DNA of 64,000 nucleotides from Tubulanus polymorphus (Eukaryota > Animalia > Nemertea): the NCBI RefSeq assembly GCF_964204645.1, contig NC_134026.1, forward strand, positions 11,803,950 through 11,867,949, written 5' to 3'. Below the pieces are notes generated by a model that ran no database searches, was not told where the DNA came from, and saw only the letters and a program-made list of their open reading frames with translations. The translations under genes and the position numbers were made by a program. The first letter of the stretch is position 1. Each line of letters begins with the position of its first letter. Positions 35,401 through 48,512 of this stretch are shown piece by piece.

Positions 35401-36589
35401 CTATCAAATTCCCTTCAATTTCTTTGATCTTAAAATAGGGATTGTCCCTGTTATTTATTTGGTAGGTAAATTTTGTTTGATTTGTTTTGATTGAGTGTCC
35501 CTTACAGACCCACCACACCTGCCGGGAGCGAAACAGGGGGTTTGATTTTGAAATCGAAAATCGAAGTACAGATATAGTTGTGTGATCGGCGGTCGAGTTT
35601 ACATATTTTTTTGTTTAAATCGAAGTACATGATTGGGAAATTCGGTTCCGGTTCATTCAAACAATCTTCCAGCCTAGTGTCAAGCGACTGATTGGGATGA
35701 ATTTTTCTGGCTGCCTAATTTAATACATCGAAATTTTGGAAATAGTTAGATTACAAGGTTGAAGATCATTTGTCCATTTTTGTATTTTTTTGGTCGTTAT
35801 CTGCGTGTAAATAGTCCGATAATTTAGTTTTTTTCCGGTAGATGTTGATATAGAAATTCTTATAAGTTGATTGTCCCGCGTGTTGACTAGATAGAAAGGA
35901 AGTACATTTCAAAACGCAAATTTTCCAGATGACAGCATGGTCCTTGGGTATCCGAAGTGTTGTTTATGACATCGACGGTGCAGCTCCGATGAGGATGGGT
36001 TTCTCCGTCAAGAGGTGCGCGATCGGTACTTCACATCTGGTGCTGAGTTTGCCTAAAAGTAAAAGTTTTCACACGGAGAGCAGTTTTGTGTTTCTAATAT
36101 ACAGTGCATGGTTAGGTCTGTGGGTGCGTCGAATCGAAGGGACAGTACTATGCGCATTGATAGACAGTCAGTAAGAAAGCGGCACAGGCACGTGAGTATT
36201 GAATACATATTTGTACACAAACGTATATACAGTCTTGATCGGGTTTTATTTAAACAATTATGTTTTTGGTAGTTTTTAATGAGACCGATGTCAAGAGGCA
36301 ACTTTCCAGTCATCATTGCGCGCAGATAGACTGAGCTTGCTATCCTGAAGCCAAAAAGGAGGCAGCTTTCCAGCTATCGCGGCAATGAGACTGAGTTTAC
36401 AGTCAAAACATCAGAAACAGTAAACTAATGCGTGGTAACTAATGCGTATGTGGTGATATAAAACATAAGTGGTCAGACAGTTCTATGCGTATTGATAGAC
36501 CGTCATCCCGGTTCGATATAAATCAGAACATACCTCAAGTGTCAAAGTCGGGTATGTAGGTGTATGGCGTTGGGTTTAATTAATAGACT

Positions 36590-39500
36590 ACGCTAATGGT
36601 GTCGATTGTGAATCTGTTTACTGAATTCAGTCCGCTTGTGTCCGGATGTATAAGTATATTGTTAAGACTCCAAATATGAAGGTTTTGTTGAAGCATGATT
36701 TCTTGGTTTAGGCGATCTATTAGTGAGTTTTTGAAATAAATTATAGTGTTGATGCGGCCAAAGCCTTGTTCTAGATTGTAATGATTTTTGTACAAAATGG
36801 ATTGTGCGAGAAATAAAAGATAGTTTGTGAGTGTGCGTTTAAAGAAATCTCTTTCTATTGTTTTAGTAATTCCTGTGTAGACGATGTCTTGAGTGATATT
36901 TATAGGTGCGTTTAGTGTGCGTTGAAAGATTGGTTGTATACGTGAATATAATTGCTGTGCTTCAGTGCATGAATATACTACATGGTCATTTATAGCCGCG
37001 CGTCCACAAATTTTACAATTTGGATCAGTTTTAATGTTCTTAAGTAATAATTATGAAGCTGTTGCGAGAGTATTATGTAGTAATTTCCAATGAATATCAC
37101 TAAATCGTCTATCAATATGTTTATTATAACTTCAGTCCAAATCTCAGGCCAATTCAGATCAATATTTAAAATTTCAGTAATTTTGGTTTGTCCAATCGGT
37201 GTGATCTGATAAAGATTTTTGAATAATAGAATTCTATAAATTTGAGATGATGAAATTTTTCTTAAGTACAGTCTATATTATCAAATTGCACATAGATTTT
37301 TGGTAATTCACCAGGATCTAAATTTTGGTCAGATAGAATTAGTTTCCAATGTTGCGGTATCGCGTTGTATATACGTGTGTGTTTTAAGCTATTTGTTAGT
37401 GGGGTTTCGTTAAATGTTTTGTAGTTGCCACGATTATCGAATAGATGTCGTAGATTGGTTATACCGTGTTGTATGTATTCTGTGAAATTGGTTTTCTTGT
37501 TCAGCTTAATTTTTGGTTGCCAAAAATAGGTTTTTGCAGAATTTTAGTAATGGACTCAGTTGGAACTAGATATTGTTGAAAAACTGTCCATGATTTTAAT
37601 AAATGCCTGTAATAGTCATTCGTAATGACTTTTTTTTAGTATTTCATTGTGAGTGATGTTTGAAATATTCCAGCCTGGGCCTAGATATTTTTGCAGGTTG
37701 TAGTTGATCAGTGGTTTCCAGTGTGTAGGTTTTAGAGCGTGGTTAGATCGTCTTAATTGCCTGTGTTTGTTGTGTGTATTTGATGCTGTGTATGTCGAGA
37801 CCTCCATGTTCGATTTTTGTGTGTATTATGTCTTTACCGACAAGGCGTTTCCCATTGTTTATTAATGTTTTTTTTTTCAAAGATCTTGATGTATTTATCC
37901 GGAATTGGAAAAATTTCGGAAGTGTACCGCAATAGAGGTAGTATAAAGGAGTTTATGACGACCTTTTGCCATGTAAAGATAATTTAGTTTGGCGCCAAAG
38001 ATTTATGATATTTTGAATTTTATTTATTTTCGGATTCCAGTTTAAATCATCAGTATTTTCATTGCCGAAATGAATTCCAAAACTTTCATTGATTTCTTCC
38101 AATTTAAGTCTAAAGGTTTATCGTTTCTAGCTTTCCAAGATCCTATCCACATACACTCAGTTTTATCTTTATTAATTTTTGCACCCGATGCTCTTTCAAA
38201 CAGAGTGAAAGTTGTAAAGACTTGAGTCAATGATTCTAAGTCGGTTAGACATAATGTAGTGTCATCTGCATATTGTTTGATTTTAATTTCTCTGTCATCT
38301 GGTAGTTTTACTCCTTTGATATTGTTGTTTTCGCGTATTTTAATTGCTATTGGTTCCGCTGCTATTATGTAGAGTATTGCACTCATGAGACATCCCTGTC
38401 TTACGCCTCTTTCTAAAGTGAAGGGTTTAGTTAAGAAACCGTTACTTTTAATTCTGGATTTTGGATTTGAATAGCAAGTTTTGATGTATCGAATTAGATT
38501 TTCTCCAAAACCGAAAAAGATTCCAAAGTTTTAAATATATATTGCCAGTCAACGCGATCAAAAGCTTTCATTTGATCGGTTGTCACTATAAATGCTTCTA
38601 AATTATCATTATTAACGTAATCAATCAAGTCTCTTATTATATGACCATTGTCTTGGATTCGACGTCCATTTACGCTACATGTCTGGTCTGGGTGTATTAT
38701 GTCTGTTAAGCCGCGTTCACACGACAACTAGTTAGACCGGTCTTAATGGGTCCGTACCTGGTCTAAGACCGGACCAAATTTTGGTGAGCGTTCACACGGC
38801 GTTTTGAAACGCGGTGATAAAATCGCTTGTCACCGGGCCCACAAGATGTCGCCATCTGCTAAATAATCATTTGCGCCTGGGTGAAGTCTTGCTTCCAGAT
38901 TCGAAGTATAGCAAGACATTCTTCATTTGACCAATTCGATCCTCTTGTCAGGATTAGACATTTTTGCGAATTCGATTTTATTCTATCACGCTGAAACTCT
39001 AAGTGTCGTTTAAACACGGTTCAAAGCACGGCAGTAAAACGGATGATGATCGCGATATACGAATACGAATTACGCTCCAAACATTAATTATTTAGCAGAT
39101 GGCGACATCTTGTGGGCCCGGTGACAAGCGATTTTATCACCGCGTGTCAAAACACCGTGTGAACGCTCACCAACATTTGGTCCGGTCTAAATTTGGACCG
39201 GACCAGGTACGGACCCATTTAGACCGGTCTAACTAGTTGTCGTGTGAACGCGGCTATTGACCGGTCCAACATTTGGTCCGGACCTGGTTCGCTCTTTTAG
39301 ACCGTGCCAAATTAGACCGGTCTAAACTAGACCGGTCTAATTTGGAACGGTAATTTTGCCCGTGTGAACGCTTGGTCCGGTCTAAATTGGACCGCACCAA
39401 ATTTAGACCGGTCTTAATTTCGTCGTGTGAACGCGCCTTTAGACAGGTAATTAATCTGTTAGCGAGAACTTTTGTGAATATTTTGTAATCTGTACATAGT

Positions 39501-40028
39501 AATGAGATTGGTCTCCAATTTCCAAGTCCGTTTTGTCATTTTTTCTTATGAATTAATGAAATAATACCAGTTTGCATTGATTTAGAAAGTCTATTTTCTT
39601 GTATACACGCATGTAGAAAGTCATTTTGGAGAGTATGCCAAAAAATTCTATAAAATAGGTAGTCCGTCTATACCAGGGGATTTATTATTTTGGAAAGATT
39701 TGACTGAATTTGTTAATTCATCGATATCTATTTCGGAGTCATGCTGGAGTTTCTTTTGATTAGAAATTTTAGGTAGATTAGTCAGGAATAGATTTTGGGT
39801 TTCTAAATCCGTTTCTTCTTTTCTATATAAGTCTCTATAGAATTTTAGTTGAATTTTTTCAATTTCTTTTTGACCAGTTTTAATTTCACCCAGATTATTT
39901 TTGAGAGTCCTGATGTGATTCTTTTTAGCGCGCTGTTTTTCATAATTTGCAAAGAAGGTACTTGTTTTCTCTCCAAATTCTCTCCACTCAATTTCAGATC
40001 ATATAATTGCACTTTTTGCTTTTTCAAT
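36590..40028 (-). mobile_element. Tx1/L1-clade LINE ORF2 pseudogene (RT plus C-terminal CCHC finger)
   Basis: FGEKTSTFFANYEK, NWRPISLLCTDYKIFTKVLANRL, IHPDQTC, DQMKAFDRVDW, GVRQGC, QYADDTT, GAKINKDKT, DPNCKICG..DHVVYSC; many frameshifts. Confidence 0.9.
38709..39438. mobile_element. PIF/Harbinger-like non-autonomous foldback element inserted in the Tx1 RT
   Basis: TIRs agccgcgttcacacgac / gtcgtgtgaacgcgcct; TTA TSD (38706-38708, 39439-39441). Removing it restores the RT frame (..ANRLITCL TDIIHPDQ..). Confidence 0.88.
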
Positions 40029-42679
40029 GTCAAAGTCACGAATACGCTTGGTAAGATATCTACCGCTTCATGAGGGCAGATCGCCGGAATACCTTCGATT
40101 CTGACAATGGGTGCTGTTTCAAGTGTTTTTAGAATTACGTACTTCTCCGGGGAACCACAGAATACTCCTACGTTGTAAGTGTTGAAATCGATCACTTTTT
40201 CAACGCACTGCCGAGCTGTATCGTCAGTCGCCAGAATTTCACAGATTTGATGTGCAGTATCAAGTTTGTTATACTATACCCTAATCTTAGGTATCAGGAA
40301 GAAATTTTCAAAATCCTGAGCCATCGTATTATCGTATTTAAATGCTTTCGCCTGGTGTAAAGCCATACTGAGTAGAAGACTGGTTCAAAGGTCGATTGAA
40401 GCGATTCGAGCGCGCCGAAAGTACAGTAGGAGTGTCGAACTTGGTGCGACTGCTTCAGCATACATGCGATCGTGGTCGACACAGTATTCAGACAACATCA
40501 AGAATACTTACAGGACTATGCAGAAAACCCGTTATCACTGCTTTGCAGCTATATTTCGCATTTGTTTTTCTTTTGGGTGCGCAAAGTTGAAAGCTGTGGG
40601 TTTCATATTTTTTTTGAGAAATTAACCAAAATTGGTCAAAAATTCGATTTATTTGAGCACGTTTTTTGCAGCATTTTTACCTGTCCAAAATTACACATGT
40701 GAAAATTCAATGTGATTTGGGTCGGAAGAACTTTATCTCGTTAAGATTTGACGCTTTGCTTCGGTTGTTATGGGCTTTCAAAGACGAAACCCACCAAAAT
40801 CTCGGTTATATATAATTTGTGTTGACCCGGTTTGACTTCCATCATGAGGTCATGGCATTCATTGAATATGTAAATGAGGTGGATCGGCGGGTGCGCGTTA
40901 TTTCGCTTAACAAAATGGCGGAACAATTGAAGATGTTAATAATTATCATTTCTAGCGCGAATACTGATATTCAAGGCGTATGATATAACGATTTATTGTG
41001 TGCGATGTGTTCAATGATTCATCTAGTTTTGATATCTCGTGCATAAGGTAACTTTGCATCAAGATATCTGACGATATTGGTTTAAATTGCGGAAATTTAC
41101 TTCCGTGTTCGCCACACGGCTGATTCATTGATGATACTGATCAGATGATAGCATCGAATTGTTTAAGATGATTCTGATATTTACACGAGTGAGATAATTG
41201 TTTTATCGTCTTTAATTGAAGTCATTCTATTGACGTTCGTTTTGGAATTATTATGTTTATTATCGTTTTGGATTATTTGTATTAGTTTGTAAATCGCAGC
41301 GCAGTGGTGAGCGTTCGCGTTGAAAACAGTCACGTATGCAATATCGCCTTTACACTCTCGTGTTCACTGCGTCTATGTATCAGTCGTCGATAACGGTAAC
41401 AACGATTTGTGTGAGTGAAGACGTAAGCTTGTCTGCCTACTAAAAGCAATCATATCATGAAATTTTTAAAAACCATGTCAGTCGATGAACTTTATTTCGT
41501 CAGTAACCGGCACATATTTGCATAAACTTGGTCACTCATAGTTTTGGTTGTTTTATATGTCATTCCAGGGATGTATTGAAATAAATGAACATTAATTTGT
41601 TGAGACAAAAATCCCCATGATCAATTTTCGAAGATTTCATTCTCGTTAAAAAGTCAGTAACTAAAATTAAGTCCTTTTTGATATATTTTTTCTTTATTTT
41701 TTCTTTTTTTCTAAATTTTCAATGAAATTAATTTTTGCGTACTACATGACAAATTTAATCGCATGTGTGTCAGGGTCGGCGATTGACGGAATCGCCCGAA
41801 TCCAACATTTCGCATTTGGTCGCCGGCGATTTCATCAATCGATCGTTCGCCTCGAGCGCCGTATTCAACCGACCAATCATGGCTCTTAAACGATTTACGT
41901 GATTTATGAAAGGCGATTTCTGTCGACTAAATCGCCAAGTCTTTAGCGACAGTAGCGCTAGTGAAGGTTCAAGGCCGTTGATGTTCACGGTGATCAAATT
42001 GAACGTGATGCTGTTGAGTCCATACAAAATCTATAGGGCCCTATTGGTTTCCTGTTACGTATTTTATTTTAGAAACATAACTTTAGTTCACCATGTGTGT
42101 AGGAACTTCGTTCTCACACTTGAGGCTACGGAAGGAGTTGAGTGATTACCTCGTACATGTACATGTATTTGCATAGAATAGAAATACACTCAAAACGAGA
42201 GGGAACGCCTTCATTTTGGGTTCGGAGAATTTCAAAGTCGCTTGCACTGATGCCGTAGACATTACAGACTATAATTTTCGTAGTTTTGTAACAATTTATA
42301 ATATTCCATATTAGTTGTCCTGGCAGTACCCGGTTGCAACTTCATGACTTCAAACTGTTGCAAATCTAAACGGAAACAGTAAACTATAAGCATCAGCTGC
42401 GAAAAATGTGATTTTTGATCGTGAAAAAAGAGCCGTCACGTTTCTACGTTGTTCCGTAGCAATATGGACAATACCATTTTTCACCGTCCCCAAGTTTGTT
42501 TTTTTGGAGGCGCATCTCTATTGACAGTGCTGGGAACTTGCTAACGTCCATTTTCCCGCAATTGTTTTTTTTAGTTCTAAATGCTTCTATAACGAACTGT
42601 ACAATCCAAGGTGCTTCGTATCTAGAAGTGGCCATGGTTATGATATGGTATGGCATGAACGATTGCCACGGGTTTTGTC

Positions 42680-42950
42680 ATGTGTTTGGTCACGCGATGT
42701 ATTTGGTGTATGGGGCTGCGTTTATAGTTAATTTGTGTCTGGGTAGACACGTAGACACGTCTACACATGAAATGTTGGCTGTTATGATAATTGCTGGCGG
42801 TGTCACGGGGTTTTTCATGTGTTTGGTCACGTGGTGTGTTTGGTGTATGGTATGAGGTTAATAGATCGTTCATAGTTAATTTGTGGGTGGGTAGACACGT
42901 CGACACGTCGACACATGGAATGTTAATCGATGGCGAAATGTGTCGACATA
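42680..42950. repeat. Imperfect direct repeat (~150-bp spacing) with gtagacacgtcgacac motifs
   Basis: atagttaatttgtg..gggtagacacgt.gacacgtc.acacatg.aatgtt occurs at ~42724 and ~42872. Confidence 0.6.
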
Positions 42951-45900
42951 TATCAACTTTCTTTGGGATACACATAAACCGAACAACGCAGTAAGAATAC
43001 GCGAAGGAACTTCACTGTGCAATACCCTATACGCTACTTGAGCCGAAAAAGCTTGCTTTGCGCATTCACATTCGGTCATATTTTTCGTGTTGTAGCGTTT
43101 TCCTTAGTAGGTGCTGAACCTTGTTTTGCGTTAAACGTGGAGACTCCCGTTGTGCGACATTTTTCTGGATTCCGGGATTGCCTCCATTCTGACTTCGTAT
43201 TGTGAACTTTGGGTTACTTTCGCATACATGGAACTCGCTCCTATCGCCCTTGTAAAGCTTAGATTCGACGAATAGATTACCACGATCTTATCAAACCAAC
43301 CGGTACCGTTTGATTATAGACTATAGAGAAGTAAATTGAGCAATTTTCTAGTTTTCTTCGATTTATGGTTTAATACGTCGATATTTCATAAAATGGGCCA
43401 CCTTGTCTTTTATGTGTTTGCAGATTTGGTGACGGTATGTTCACAAAATAGGGACACCACTTTCGACAGTAGTTATCATAGGGTTTAAGTCCATGTATTC
43501 AGATTATTGGCATATTGTCCCACCATTTCGGCTTCTTTTAATGCAAATAAATGTATAGCATATCAGGAAAATTACGAAGGCCATGTACACGTATACATTT
43601 CAAATTATTAATGTTTTTCTTATTTACTGAACCGCGTATCGTTTTTTGTTGACAGACCGACAGTGTAGTGTCGACCTGAAGACGCTAATTTCAGATAAAC
43701 GTATGACGATTACTCAATTGACTGCGCGTAACACACTCTTTCGAAGTATATCGGACTTGGGTGGCTATTTTAGTATTTCACGTTCATCTTCTACGCCCCT
43801 GGAACAATTTATTTTGGATCATTAATCAGATAATCAGATAATCAGATGTCCTTATCTGCATACGAAATATCAAAATCAGATCAGTACATGTATATCTATA
43901 ATGATTAAATGAATTCATATTTTACTGGTTCTGATTCGAAATGGATGTAACCTATTCGATTGGCAAAGATGATGACTTCTTTTAGACATAACACAGTTTG
44001 CATATCCTTTGGGGGAAGCTCTACAAACCGGTCTGGGTTGTCAGGCCAGACTTGATATTAGAGTTCGTTCGTCTGTAATGAAATCGCTAATTTATAGATA
44101 TCCAATTTATTTATTGACGGACGTTATTCTAGAAATCTAGGATTGCAACAACATGGTGACGAAATTGGCATATTTACCAAAATGACAGTGCCCACGCTCA
44201 TTATTATGGCTCCCCTTTTTTTGTACGTGACTCGATAGACAATTTTGTGCCAAGTTCATTCGCATACAAATCGTAATGGACAAATTTATTTTTGTTTGGA
44301 AAAAAACTACGTACATATATTCGTTAAATAAATATCTGTTGTCAACTTCAATTGCCGCACTGGTCTCTGTTCACGTTCATAGCACATTGCTAGCCTTATT
44401 TTTCGGTTTCATCTCTTGTTTTTTTTATTCTTGAATTAAGTGGAACTATTTTTTATTAAATGTTGACTTAATGAAATAAATTCGAACAAAAATCCAAATT
44501 GAAAATTGTCTACGTATCCTCTAAATCATACCTCGACATAAAAGCAAATATATCTGCAGTTATTTACAAAATAAATTGACTTCTAGATTCTAACTCGACA
44601 TGAGATATCTTTTTGATTTTTCCTTTAATTCTTTTAATTCTTCGTAATGCCTGCCTCATCAAGATAACCTATTATTTTTGGTCAAATATTTCCTTTTAGA
44701 TGCTTAGTAGTAAACACTATTATAGGACGTAAAGACTTTTATTTTAAGAAGTAAAATCTGATTTTTCCGAAGTTAAGGTTCCATGAAAATTGCCAATCAA
44801 TCGTGGATCATATTTTGGACTAGGAAGTTTTTTTTATGTCATTCTTGAAATTCATTGAAGAATTGATTGTCAATCAAGAAAGTATTCTTGAGTATTTGTG
44901 AATCATATTTTGACACCTGGGGCCGGTTTTATAGACTGTTATTAACCTGGGAGCTAACTCAATTGAAAATGTTAGTCCTGGGTCAAACTTAACACCAGTA
45001 CCCGAGTGATTGATTTGTTTAAAAAGGGAAAGAAGTTCATTGAAATGTAACAATTTCTCTGGCGGAGAATAATTTCGTAAGCTCCACTGGATAAAATAAT
45101 GCAATGCTGTTAGTGTTGAGTGTTTCTTTGGTTTGCTGATTTTGTTACTTTAAAGATTATACTCATCAATTGACACATAAAGAACTCCTACAATAATTCC
45201 AGCCAAATATATAGAAATGTTACCAGGCGTACTTTTCCTCAGAAGTTTTGAAATTTTGGCTTAAATTAATGCTAGCGAGTAGAACATATGCAAAAAGCTT
45301 TATTTAGAATTAAGAAACTCTCTAAACTTGTAAAATATCGTTCATATTTAATCGTATTTAAACTGAAGCAAGCATTCTTGCACGCTTCTTCGAAATTGTG
45401 AAACTCAACGCCCTAGTCGGCGTTGTTGTTACCGCGAACACTTATAAATGCCTATAACGTGAAGGACGGTCATATGCCCGCAGAAAACAACGACTGTGCA
45501 AATAATTTACAGCTCGGTCAAGTAGGTTTTAATCTTTATAGATAAAAACACGATCGATGCTTTGCCGAAGCAGGTGAGCGCATTTTACGTATTGATTTTT
45601 ATTAGGTACTTTTTATTTAATACGCGGACGGCATTTGACTTTCTTGAGAAATACGGGTTTTTCTTTGGCCTTACCCTGCTATACCATGGACTTGGTAGCA
45701 ACGTAGGCATTATATCATTCATATTCATCGCCCGCCTTTTTTGGAAATTTGAAACCTTCGGGTCTTAACAATATCATGAACTCATTTAGGTAGAATATCC
45801 AGGCCACCACCTAAACAATCCAACCTTGATAAAAGCATAGTTCATACTTTTGATAATCAAAGGATTAATGAGACGAAACTTACTGTGGAACACTGTATAC

Positions 45901-48455
45901 GTTACATAGAATTGTTAAGATTGAAGATTGACGATGAATATATACATGTAGATAATTCTTGATGCTGTAGAAAATGGATGATCTTGGAAAATATAGAGCT
46001 TATTCACGTGTCGCCACAGCGCGCACCGAGCTGGCCGTTATCAGAAGCAAAATTCGATGTTTAACGCAATTGAAATGACGTATGCGTATAAGGTCGATTA
46101 TAGGTCTCTAAACCGACGGTGTCAAGCAAGTATCTGCATAAGATCTGTCCGTTGTACATACTCAGTAGCAAAACCTGTTCTTGATAAGTTACCACGTTGC
46201 TGCGTTCCTTCGCTGAATTCCGAATCTCCGTATTTGGTATAGTTGCTTTTGCCATCCATATACTAGAGATTCATTTTATTTGGCTGAATTATGGGCTAAT
46301 CAGGCTATAAACTTAGAATGGTTCAAATTTATTCTTTAACGGGTTTTATTTTCCTGTTCTGATAGCATTTTTTCATAACTTAACCTCTCCTCACGGTCTC
46401 CTTTTCTGATGAACTAATGTCCATAGTTTTAGACAGTGAATGATAGTATATAAAGTATTAAATGTAAAACAAGAGGTTTATTCATAGATTTTTTTCTGTT
46501 GGAGCCATTTTGTGCTATTTACAACGAAATGCGCTTTTACGATTTTCCGCTCACTGTGTTCCACCTGCCGTTCTGTGAGGTCATCACACTTCACATCTAC
46601 AAATATAATTATATACAAATATATACATGCATCAATACCAATTGATTAGATTTTCGGTACAATCTTAGACAAGGTTTAAGAAGCCTGCGATAAATTAAGC
46701 ATATCTGTTTTCCATTAAATGTGCAATTAATGGCGCGGAAGTCTGTTTTTCAGATTCATTGATTAACATATTAGTGGAAAGATTGACCTTATTCGCTTAA
46801 TTCATTTACTGAGCAATCAAATGCACCAGCTGATTTAGTGTGATCAAATACTCCACAAATCCTCAGTAACTGTATATATTAAGTAATGCCTAACGATACT
46901 TCATGGCATGATAGATAATTCGCGGGTTTTCAAATTCAATCATTCATGGATGATATGTGATCGGAGCTGACAGCCAATGACATTCTGTAACTACGATTTG
47001 TCTGTTTTCTGCCTGTTAATATCGCATAAACAGGGCGGCTAATAGGCTTTTGAAGGAAATCAATCTGCAGGCGGCTGATTAGCTGAAGATGTTATCACTT
47101 TATTGGCTTCTTCTTTTAAGAAGCTTAGAAAAGTCATCGTGTTATTGGGAACAGTGTCTGACAGTGAAGCAGAATGGACACATTCTGGCTTCTGTGTGGT
47201 TCTTTACCTCGGTGTTATGTAACTTCCATTTTAGAAAATATCCGATTCGAAAAATTGATAATCGAAACATCCATACACGTTCTATAAGAGTTGAAAAACT
47301 CTATCACAGCTCTTCGGCATTCTGGCGAAATCAAACTGAACCAACTCAGTATCTAACTAAAATTGATTTCTGCTTTTTTCACCATCGAGTGAAACAATTG
47401 CACATGTTACTGAATTGCTCCTCATCGATTTGAAAAGGACCTTTTTTTCCTAAATCGACAGCTGGTATATCAGAGAGAAAAACTATCGATTCTGAAATCA
47501 CGAACCCTGGGCAAAATAAGATATTGTGTATTCTGACACCTGCCGAAAACATGCATGCCGTACTGAACATCATTGCCTTCCACCTGATTTAAGCAATTTC
47601 CGTCACAAATTCTGAAGTTCAAAATTAGACGGTGACTATGATTGAAAATTATGAGGGAGATATTGAAAAATTCTTAACCTATAGTTTTGCTGAGATGTGT
47701 TTTTTAAATTTTTAGCGCTGTGCTCTGTATTTTTCCATCGTTTAAAAAGTAACATACATGCTTGTTGCTTCGATTCAAGTGAAATTTTTCTCAAATCGTA
47801 CCGCTAATAAATTATGCCGTGACAAATAAATGTCGGATACGTTTCCGTGATAACCTATGGGATAGGTCATAAAAAGGAATTTGAAAATTATTGTATTTGT
47901 TATAACGGTCTAAAACGTGTGTGTGCCGGGTGAATACGTCTTCAACAGTATATACTTACTTTGTTTGTGTGAGCGAAAATATATGAATTGTATGGTCTAT
48001 GTACTTCTGTTATGACGGATAGGTTAATATTTTACAACAAACTATTCATGGATATTTTACACGCAAGTGATCGACCAAAAAGGGACAAAATGGGTACTTA
48101 TAACTTGCACAACCCATTAGCTGATAGGATAGTCTGTGGCGTTAAGGACCCCACTTATCAACCAATAATGACATACAAATGACCAATATTCACTTGCAGG
48201 AATATTCTCCATATCGATTTCCATAATATTTTTAAATACCGGAAATTAGAACAAGTAATTTTAGTGCTTATCTCCAACCATGTCCGTAAATATCGTCGCA
48301 TTTTGCAATTAATAAGGATCGCATATTCATCGGTTGTTAGAAATATAGCCTCTCCAATTATTCCAGTTAAGAATTCTTTGATAAATCAAGAGTTTTGGTT
48401 TACATCGCTCTCACCTCAAAAGTCTATAATTATATTTCATACTATTCAAGTAAAT

Positions 48456-48512
48456 CTACTGTGTGTCCGTCCCACTGGCTCCCGCGCATAGTGTAATTCT
48501 TCTTGCTTCAGA
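48456..48512 (-). CDS. Terminal coding exon of the RGWamide precursor (SEARRITLCAGASGTDTQ*)
   Basis: Acceptor tattctatttacAG at 48513; phase 0 matches the exon-1 donor; supplies a second Cys and a stop TAG at 48456-48458. Confidence 0.72.
   Translation of the reverse strand, partial: SEARRITLCAGASGTDTQ

Noticed and set aside
40845-40985. Possible promoter/first exon (octamer-like atgtaaat, aaaatggcgg, MAEQLK..)
   Set aside because: No convincing donor or downstream exon; such motifs are common in non-autonomous transposons.
42444-42656. PHD-finger-like ending KWYCPYC
   Set aside because: The upstream Cys/His ligands are not recoverable in any frame I could read.
43670-43720. Hammerhead-like CTGAAGA motif
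   Set aside because: No stem II pairing or proper GAAA core follows.
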